The position numbers and the translations under genes are program-made. From positions 1,690 through 65,689 of the forward strand of contig CAMMFF010000007.1 in NCBI GenBank assembly GCA_946496065.1: a stretch of DNA of 64,000 bases, given 5' to 3'. This DNA comes from an uncultured Clostridia bacterium (GTDB lineage: Bacteria; Bacillota; Clostridia; Christensenellales; UBA1242). Under the pieces are notes generated by a model. That model did not search any database. It saw only the letters and a program-made list of their open reading frames with translations, and was not told the origin of the DNA. Positions 28,139-34,718 of this stretch are shown in pieces. How positions within the stretch are numbered: position 1 is the first letter of the stretch; each line of letters starts with the position of its first letter.

Positions 28139-28148
28139 TAATTAAGTT

Positions 28149-29180
28149 TTATTGTAACCAATCTCTTTCGGTTGTTTCATCCCATATATCTTTTAAAAGT
28201 TTACCATCAATTTTAGCATTGTTTATAAAATCTTCCTTTGTCTTAAATGTTTGCAAATGTCCACCATTGAAATCATTCATTTTAATGATTTCCTCATCAT
28301 TTTCAGAAGCAAGAATGACTTCATAATATATATTTTTGTATTTAAATTGAACTTCACTATAAAAGAATAATGCTTCAACAAAATCATCAAGATTAGGCTC
28401 AAAAGGCCTACCTTCGCTATAAAGTTTTTTTGCTTTATTTATTGAAATTAAGTTTGGGTAGATAACTCTGTTTTTAAATTTATTTGCAAATTTATCCAAT
28501 CTCCAACCGCAGTTTTGGCATTCTCCATTTCCATATTGGTCTTTTAAACATTTTGCTTCACACACAGGACATTTCGTTTTGTATTTTCTTTTAAATAGAC
28601 TCTCCCTTCCACAAACTGGGCATGTGCCGTCATATGATTCAATTGTCACATAATGTCCACACTCGCATTTATAGTTTGCCATTGAAAATCTTTGAGATGA
28701 CTTTATTATTAATTTTTCTACCACATTATAAATTTGTTCGAGATTATCAAAGTCGGCATAGATAATAAATTTTGTATCTTTTGATTTTTCGATATTGTTT
28801 TTTGTTTCTTTTAAATCTTCAGAGTTATAAAGTTCTTGCTGATAATGAAATCCATAAATAAGATATTTGAGGTTTGCAAAAACTTCCAAATCAAGAGATA
28901 AAATTTCTGCTTTATTTGGATAAAGTTTGATATATCCGATATAGCCTTTGTTTGTATAGACATCAAAAAAGACCTCCGTTTTTATTCCTTTCAGCCTAAA
29001 GCGGATAATAGGAATAGGATATAATTCATTAGTAAATTGTTTACCAATTTTTATTCTATGTCCATAATGAAAATCTAACGCGTGGTCAACACAATTCTTA
29101 CCAAGGAATTTTGACATTTTTTCCATTTTTTCAAATGCAGTCGCGTATAATTTGTTTAAATTTTTAACTGTTTTTCTCAT
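28149..29180 (-). CDS. hypothetical protein: unknown N-domain + double zinc ribbon + C-domain paralogous to the 150-aa neighbour
   Basis: CECG..CPVCG, CPVC..GNGECQNCGW; C-terminal 140 aa align with ORF 29230-29682. Confidence 0.7.
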   Translation of the reverse strand: MRKTVKNLNKLYATAFEKMEKMSKFLGKNCVDHALDFHYGHRIKIGKQFTNELYPIPIIRFRLKGIKTEVFFDVYTNKGYIGYIKLYPNKAEILSLDLEVFANLKYLIYGFHYQQELYNSEDLKETKNNIEKSKDTKFIIYADFDNLEQIYNVVEKLIIKSSQRFSMANYKCECGHYVTIESYDGTCPVCGRESLFKRKYKTKCPVCEAKCLKDQYGNGECQNCGWRLDKFANKFKNRVIYPNLISINKAKKLYSEGRPFEPNLDDFVEALFFYSEVQFKYKNIYYEVILASENDEEIIKMNDFNGGHLQTFKTKEDFINNAKIDGKLLKDIWDETTERDWLQ

Positions 29181-29187
29181 ATTTTAT

Positions 29188-29196
29188 ATTATATCA
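29188..29196 (-). promoter_or_regulatory. extended -10 TGaTATAAT, 7 nt before ATG 29180 (leaderless candidate)
   Basis: Minus strand aTGaTATAATataaaatATG, no SD. Confidence 0.45.
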
Positions 29197-29229
29197 TATT
29201 TTTTCCGCACAAACAAACATTTTTAGTTT

Positions 29230-29682
29230 TTATAAATAGCAAGGATTTTCAACTTTGTCCCAAATATCTCGGACATATTCATTGTCAATTTTTGCGTTTT
29301 GGATAAAGTCTTCCTTGTCTTTGAAATATGCAACTTCATTATCGTTTGGTCCCCAACCCATTTCAATTCCATTGTCGCCATGTCTAAATAGACAGAACGT
29401 TAAATTTTTATATTCAAATCCTGTTTCGCCATAAAACACAAATGCTTCAAGAAAATCATCTAAATCAGGTTTTATTGGCTTATTTTCTTTATATAATTTT
29501 TTTGCTTTGTTTAGGGAAACTAAGTTGGGGAAAACTACCATATTCTCGTTAATTTCTCCAAGTCGATTATTATACCAGCCACAATGATGACACTCCCCAT
29601 TTCCTGTTTTGCTAGCAAGTAGAGTTTTTCCACAAACATCGCATTTTTTTTCAAATATTTTATCATATTGATTGTATTTCAT
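29230..29682 (-). CDS. hypothetical zinc-ribbon protein (immunity-like small protein, inference)
   Basis: CDVCG...GNGECHHCGW; AAGGAG SD 12 nt after upstream stop; paralogue of C-half of 28149-29180. Confidence 0.7.
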   Translation of the reverse strand: MKYNQYDKIFEKKCDVCGKTLLASKTGNGECHHCGWYNNRLGEINENMVVFPNLVSLNKAKKLYKENKPIKPDLDDFLEAFVFYGETGFEYKNLTFCLFRHGDNGIEMGWGPNDNEVAYFKDKEDFIQNAKIDNEYVRDIWDKVENPCYL

Positions 29683-29694
29683 AATTGTCTCCTT

Positions 29695-30015
29695 TTAACA
29701 ATAATGCATATTTGTTTTTTCTCCGTTTGGACCTATGTATTCTGGTCTAGGAGGATGCACTTTATCTTTTAACCAATCCCAGTAATGGTCATGAGGAAAG
29801 GTGTGATTATGATGAGAGTCGTTGTGTTTCCAATCTCTATCCCAAATAGCTTTGCCATCAGAATCATACCATCGCTGTTGTAATAATTCTCCAGTTTTTT
29901 CATCATAATAATCCGTTCTAGAATTTGGAGAGCAACCTTCAATGTCTGGTATATTCTTTCCAAAAGGTCCATATATAGGGGAATTAATTCCGCCACTTGG
30001 TTTACACATTCCCAT
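29695..30015 (-). CDS. hypothetical His/Trp/Asp-rich 106-aa protein with one YD-like repeat
   Basis: RWYDSDGKAIWDRDW and HNDSHHNHTFPHDHYWDW; AGGAGG SD; ATG overlaps upstream stop (TAATG). Confidence 0.65.
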   Translation of the reverse strand: MGMCKPSGGINSPIYGPFGKNIPDIEGCSPNSRTDYYDEKTGELLQQRWYDSDGKAIWDRDWKHNDSHHNHTFPHDHYWDWLKDKVHPPRPEYIGPNGEKTNMHYC

Positions 30016-30206
30016 TATAGCACCTCCTGTGGCAAAATTTCAAAGCTTTTTGAGATTGTTTCTCCACCTATGCCAATAATTTTGAATTTTAGATTTTTGC
30101 CAATTAAGTTTTTAACTTTCAATTCAGTTGCAAATAGTCCGGCGGTATTATATTTTGTTTTTATCTTTTTCTCATCTAAATACCATTCAACTCTGTCAGC
30201 AAACAA
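30015..30206 (-). CDS. 63-codon ORF, probably the frameshifted C-terminal beta-rich part of the HNH protein
   Basis: No SD before TTG; frame open from 30236; joins to upstream frame by a 1-nt shift near 30206-30208. Confidence 0.4.
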   Translation of the reverse strand: MFADRVEWYLDEKKIKTKYNTAGLFATELKVKNLIGKNLKFKIIGIGGETISKSFEILPQEVL

Positions 30207-30832
30207 TGCTTGATTTGAATAATTCCCTGATAGTTATCTACACCAATAGAGACAATTTTAGGGGAACCAATTAAGTTCTCGTTTCTTTTTATTTCAAACA
30301 AACTTTTCATATCGTTATAAGAAAGCGTGTCCCAATCAATATTCTCATAAGGATTTTTTATTAGGGGAATATTGTTTTGTTTGATCTCAATTCCGCTCCC
30401 GCCAAATTTTTCTAAATCTGCCAATATTTTCCAACGATATATAGAATTTCTTTCGTTATATTCAAGCAAAGCCTTGTTGAGATGACTTGCAAATTCCATT
30501 TCGGAGCAATTATTAACTTTCATAAAATGCCTTTGTGCTTCTTCGCCATAGCCAAGCCTAACAGAGTTTTTGAAATGTTTAACTCCATGACAGCGTGAAC
30601 AAATTGCAACAATATCTTTTAAAGTTTGCGTTTTCTTTTCTATATTGAATTCCCATTCTTCGTGAACATCAAGGTCGTTTGTTTCAAAACCACAAATTTC
30701 GCATTTGCCTTTTGCTCTTTTAAGTGCAAATTCACGTAGTTTATTCCAATCTTTTTTAGATAGCGTTTTGCTAAAATCATTACTCCAAGCACCTTTTGGG
30801 AGCATATTTATAGTTAGTATCAAATCTTCCAT
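30176..30832 (-). CDS. HNH-type zinc-finger endonuclease-like protein
   Basis: CEICG...VHEEWEF...ICSRCHGVKH (CxxC...H...CxxCH..H); AGGAG SD overlapping upstream stop. Confidence 0.7.
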   Translation of the reverse strand: MEDLILTINMLPKGAWSNDFSKTLSKKDWNKLREFALKRAKGKCEICGFETNDLDVHEEWEFNIEKKTQTLKDIVAICSRCHGVKHFKNSVRLGYGEEAQRHFMKVNNCSEMEFASHLNKALLEYNERNSIYRWKILADLEKFGGSGIEIKQNNIPLIKNPYENIDWDTLSYNDMKSLFEIKRNENLIGSPKIVSIGVDNYQGIIQIKHCLLTELNGI

Positions 30833-30841
30833 AATCCGCTC

Positions 30842-31579
30842 CTATATCTCTGGGTAAAGTTCGCCGGCAAAATATTTTCTGGTAAACTCGCTTAATCCAA
30901 TCTTTTTGATAAGTTCTTCTCGGTTAAATGGGTCAATTGCTTTAATGTTTCCTTTCATTTCTTCAAAAGGTGTTCCATAGCAAATTATGGCACTTGGCTT
31001 AATTTTTTCCATCATAATTTCATAACCTTCCATGAAGCCCTTTTTATTATCTTCTCTTGTGTAGGTTGACACTGCTACAACTGACCCTTCTTCAACTCCG
31101 TCACAAAAGAAATCAAAACAATCATATGAACCCCAAGAAATTGTTGGAATTACAAGCATACCTTGTTTTTGCCAAAAAGCACCGCACCAACGATTTTTGA
31201 AAACGCTGTCGATTTGTCTAGCAAGTGGCATATCTTTGTATGTGCTAAATTCAGGAGTAAGCAAAGCATAGTATTGGTCTAGTTTTTCAAGTGCTTGCTC
31301 AGGTTTTTCATAGACAGTTTCAAAATTCCAGTCGTAAGTGAAGAAGTGAATTGTTTTATTTTTATTTTCTTCATCATCATTTTTTGTTTTTAAATAACTT
31401 AATAACTCAATATTATCTAAGTCTATATTTTGTTTTTTGATTAGTGGCATTCCATGTTTCCCACTTTGTTCAAACTCATTTCTCACAAGTTTTTGTTTCT
31501 TTTTTCGCTTTTCTTCTTCATAATCATTTTCATTTTCGTTATGAGAAAAAAGCGAATTTAATTGTTCGTTGTTAATCAT
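30842..31579 (-). CDS. DUF4417-like protein with charged low-complexity N-terminus
   Basis: IHFFTYDWNFE...LLTPEFSTYKDMPLARQI..FKNRWCGAFWQKQGMLVIPTISW recalled as DUF4417 signature; AAGGAG SD. Confidence 0.65.
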   Translation of the reverse strand: MINNEQLNSLFSHNENENDYEEEKRKKKQKLVRNEFEQSGKHGMPLIKKQNIDLDNIELLSYLKTKNDDEENKNKTIHFFTYDWNFETVYEKPEQALEKLDQYYALLTPEFSTYKDMPLARQIDSVFKNRWCGAFWQKQGMLVIPTISWGSYDCFDFFCDGVEEGSVVAVSTYTREDNKKGFMEGYEIMMEKIKPSAIICYGTPFEEMKGNIKAIDPFNREELIKKIGLSEFTRKYFAGELYPEI

Positions 31580-31688
31580 TTTATTCTCCTTTTATTAATG
31601 TCCTTAAAGCAAAAAGAGATTAACAATGAAATTTTGGCTTTGCAATGTTTTGTGACATCTTTTTTTATTTTGTTATATAAAAAACTTT

Positions 31689-31701
31689 TGTTTAATAAAA
31701 T
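31689..31701 (+). promoter_or_regulatory. -10-like boxes (TGtTTAATA / TAAAAT) 5-9 nt before ATG 31707, no SD
   Basis: Read directly. Confidence 0.3.
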
Positions 31702-31706
31702 ACAAT

Positions 31707-32396
31707 ATGAAATTTTTAATGGTTAGAAAGCGGACGCTATGCATTATTTTGGTGAGTGTGATTTTAACCTTCTCGATTGTTGGCGTTTTTTATGCTGTCA
31801 GGATGACAAGTTCGCCGAAAGCACAATATACTATTGTCGTTGACGCTGGGCATGGTGGAAAAGACGGCGGGGCGGTTGGAAAGGAAACTGCTGTCACAGA
31901 AAGTTATTTGAATTTGCAATATTCTTTGGTTTTGAAAAATTTGTGTGAACAGTATGGTTTTAAAGTCGTTTTGACTCGCAGTGACATGAATGGTCTTTAT
32001 TCTCCTTTTGCCAGCAACAAAAAGAAAAGTGAAATGGAAAAGCGTAAACAAATCATTGAAAATGCTGACACTGATATGGTTGTCAGTATTCATATGAACA
32101 GTTATTCTTCTTCACAGTCAAGAGGAGCACAAGTTTTTTATGCCGATGGTTCAGAAAATGGACAATTTTTGGCTGAACAAGTGCAAACATCTTTGAACAA
32201 AAACATTGAATATGCAAAGAAAACAGCAAAGGTAGGAGATTTTTATATTCTTAATTGCACAGAAAAACCGAGTATTTTGATTGAATGTGGTTTTTTGTCC
32301 AATTCGGAAGAGGAAGTGCTTTTGCAAGATGAGAACTATATGCATGATTTTTGTTATAACGTTCTTTGTGGAATTTTGCTCTATTTTTCTTTTTAA
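31707..32396 (+). CDS. cwlD: N-acetylmuramoyl-L-alanine amidase (Amidase_3, CwlD-like)
   Basis: N-terminal TM, IVVDAGHGGKDGGAVG, SIHMNS, ECGFLSN motifs. Confidence 0.75.
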   Translation: MKFLMVRKRTLCIILVSVILTFSIVGVFYAVRMTSSPKAQYTIVVDAGHGGKDGGAVGKETAVTESYLNLQYSLVLKNLCEQYGFKVVLTRSDMNGLYSPFASNKKKSEMEKRKQIIENADTDMVVSIHMNSYSSSQSRGAQVFYADGSENGQFLAEQVQTSLNKNIEYAKKTAKVGDFYILNCTEKPSILIECGFLSNSEEEVLLQDENYMHDFCYNVLCGILLYFSF

Positions 32397-32718
32397 ATGT
32401 TGTGCTACAACAATTAATTAAAAAAATCTTATCTTTTAAGGCATTTTTTTGTTTAATTTTTATGTAAAAATCATAAAATCATATTCTTACTAAATTTTTA
32501 TATATTCCAATAATTAACCACCTTCTTTTATATTTTCATATTAATCAAATAAACTCATATTAAAATAAGCATTTTGATAGCATATTAAATTGAATTATTA
32601 GTATATTCTGATTTGTAAAATTACAATAAAAAATTTGAATAAAGATGATATATTATGATGATATACTATATTTATTATTTGTTTAAATTAAAAAATTTAA
32701 AAAATCTTTGTCAAATAC

Positions 32719-32748
32719 TTGACTAAATTTGTAAATAAATGATAAACT
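32719..32748 (+). promoter_or_regulatory. candidate promoter TTGACT-18-(TGa)TAAACT for the lipoprotein gene
   Basis: Read directly in 380-nt A+T-rich spacer. Confidence 0.35.
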
Positions 32749-32777
32749 AATCATATATAAAATTATAAGGAGGAAAT

Positions 32778-33659
32778 ATGAAAAAAATTTTGAAAAAATC
32801 GCTTAATGTTTTTGCAGCGTTGGTTGTTTTGGTTATTAGTGCATTTGCTCTTTCAGCATGTGGTGATAAGCCTTCTCCATCTTTTGAAGCAGCAAGCAAT
32901 GTAAAAGCAACAACGATTGAAATTATTGATGACTTTTTCGAAAGAGTTTACAATAATTCATCAGTACTAGGAACTAAAACTACTTACTCTGTTGAACAAA
33001 TTCAAAACAAAGTTGCAGATTTTGAATACTATGTAGAAGTTGGAACAATCAAAGATATAAATGAGGTAAAATCAATTTCATTGAATGATACATCATTTAC
33101 AGAAAATCAAACATTCTACCTTTCAATTGGTAATGCAAACCAATTATTAGACAAAGTTTACTATGTTGAAGAAAGCAAGCTTTATGTAGCCGCCCCTGTA
33201 GTTGCTTTTGAAACAGTTGACAATGCAAAAATAAAAATCAACAATAATGAATTTAATTTTGATTTAGATGTAACAATAGATCAAATTAATTTAACAAATG
33301 TAGCATTTAATACTGGTGCTGATAACACTGCTAGCAAAGTTTCTGACACTGAATACAATTTAACAATTAAAAGTGGTACAGAATACGCAGGCTTGTATTA
33401 TAACGGCGCTTCTACAAGCGATACAATTATTACAAAAAGAATGTTAAATGGCGTATTAAGTGGCTATGGTATTGTAAATCCAGTTAATGGTTCAAACGGA
33501 GCTTGCTCATACTTTTACCCTGTTGGTTGGGTTGAAAATCCAGCAGAAATAAATTGTGAAAAATTTGATGGTGCTACTTTTGACTATTCATTATACATTG
33601 TAAATCAGCAAAAATTAGCAAATGTAACATTAAATATTGATGTTGATATTGTAAAATAA
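32778..33659 (+). CDS. lipoprotein, hypothetical (first segment of a longer interrupted frame)
   Basis: AAGGAGG SD; lipobox LSAC after signal peptide. Confidence 0.75.
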   Translation: MKKILKKSLNVFAALVVLVISAFALSACGDKPSPSFEAASNVKATTIEIIDDFFERVYNNSSVLGTKTTYSVEQIQNKVADFEYYVEVGTIKDINEVKSISLNDTSFTENQTFYLSIGNANQLLDKVYYVEESKLYVAAPVVAFETVDNAKIKINNNEFNFDLDVTIDQINLTNVAFNTGADNTASKVSDTEYNLTIKSGTEYAGLYYNGASTSDTIITKRMLNGVLSGYGIVNPVNGSNGACSYFYPVGWVENPAEINCEKFDGATFDYSLYIVNQQKLANVTLNIDVDIVK

Positions 33660-34007
33660 GTTTCTACATATTCTGAATTAACTAGTGCTTTGTACAATGG
33701 AAAAGCAATCATTAAACTTTATGTTTATGAAGGAACTGCTCAAATTAAAGGCGGACATTAAGCAATTAAACAAGTTTATGGTGCAGACAAACCATACGAG
33801 TTTGTTTTAAACTTATTAGATGAAAATCGTGAAACCGGAACAGCATCTATAACAACATCTATAGTAGTAACTGGTGGAACATTTGAAAAGTTCAACCCTG
33901 CAGATTGTAAAGCAGAAGGTAAAGGAACTAACTTTGTTGCAGAAGGTTATACTTCTAGATTACAAGAAGGTAGTGAAGATATTTATGAAGTTGTAAAAAA
34001 TTCATAA
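33660..34007 (+). pseudogene. in-frame continuation of the lipoprotein gene past TAA 33657 and TAA 33759
   Basis: 33 + 81 further sense codons in the same frame, no start codon inside, terminator only after 34007. Confidence 0.6.
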
Positions 34008-34016
34008 ATTAGTATA

Positions 34017-34051
34017 AAAGAAGAAAACACAATGGTTTTCTTCTTTTTTTT
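34017..34051 (+). terminator. strong rho-independent terminator
   Basis: 12-bp perfect stem AAAGAAGAAAAC / GTTTTCTTCTTT plus T-run. Confidence 0.85.
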
Positions 34052-34323
34052 ATCATTACAGTGCATAAATTAAATCAAAAGACTTTAGTTTATACAAAAT
34101 ACTTTGATTTATTAATATTAAAATATATCTTTCGTTTTAATAACTATATCAGGAGGAAAAATAATATTATCGACTGACTATGATAAAACTTATGATATAG
34201 AAAACGAAATAATAATTCCTTTTGTTGACGCCTTAATTCGCAGTCAAATATTGCACCCATAAATTTAAAAATATTGTCATAAATTGTTGAAAATAAAAAT
34301 ACATATAATCTATGAGGCGTATC

Positions 34324-34574
34324 ATGGATTATGAAAAAAATAACTTATATTAAGCGAAGCGAAATATTTAATAAAAAACAATTCAACAATTCGAGCGACA
34401 GCAAAGCATTTTGGATTACCCAAAAGCACCTTGCATAAAGATATACACACTTACTTGCCAAAACTTAACAAAAGGTTGTATTTTAAAGTTCAGCAACTTT
34501 TCGACAAAAATTTTAGTATAAAACATATTCGAGGTGGCGAATCCACTAAAAAATATTACCTTGCAAAAAAATAG
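34324..34574 (+). pseudogene. spoIIID: spoIIID-like HTH regulator gene with N-terminal frameshift
   Basis: GAGG SD + ATG 34324 gives MDYEKNNLY-stop; the -1 frame (34344-34574) encodes LILSEAKYLIKNNSTIRATAKHFGLPKSTLHKD...HIRGGESTKKYY with no usable start. Confidence 0.6.
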
Positions 34575-34718
34575 CATATAGTTTAAATTTAAAATAAAAA
34601 TGTCAATCTTATCTATAACTTTTCAAAGTATTAAAAAAGAGTTTTACTGCTAAAAAGTAGAACTCTTTTCTTATTTATTCTGCTAGTCTCAAAATGATTT
34701 AATCTTTAGATAAGATTT

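Noticed and set aside
33657-33761. Idea that the in-frame TAA codons reflect stop-codon reassignment or programmed readthrough.
   Set aside because: TAA terminates many conserved genes in this window at the expected positions (rpsH, rpsK, rpoA, rplQ, tilS and others), and no readthrough-stimulating structure was evident. Nonsense mutation or an assembly error is more parsimonious.
34333-34341. A-AAA-AAT slippery heptamer as a programmed -1 frameshift site for the spoIIID-like gene.
   Set aside because: A -1 slip there runs straight into TAA (34341-34343). The productive junction must lie downstream, at a non-slippery sequence.
25606-34700. Interpretation of the whole accessory stretch as one prophage or integrative element.
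   Set aside because: There is no integrase, recombinase, terminase, capsid or tail module and no flanking direct repeats. Housekeeping-type genes (EamA, cwlD-like) interrupt it. It is better described as several small independent insertions and decaying genes.
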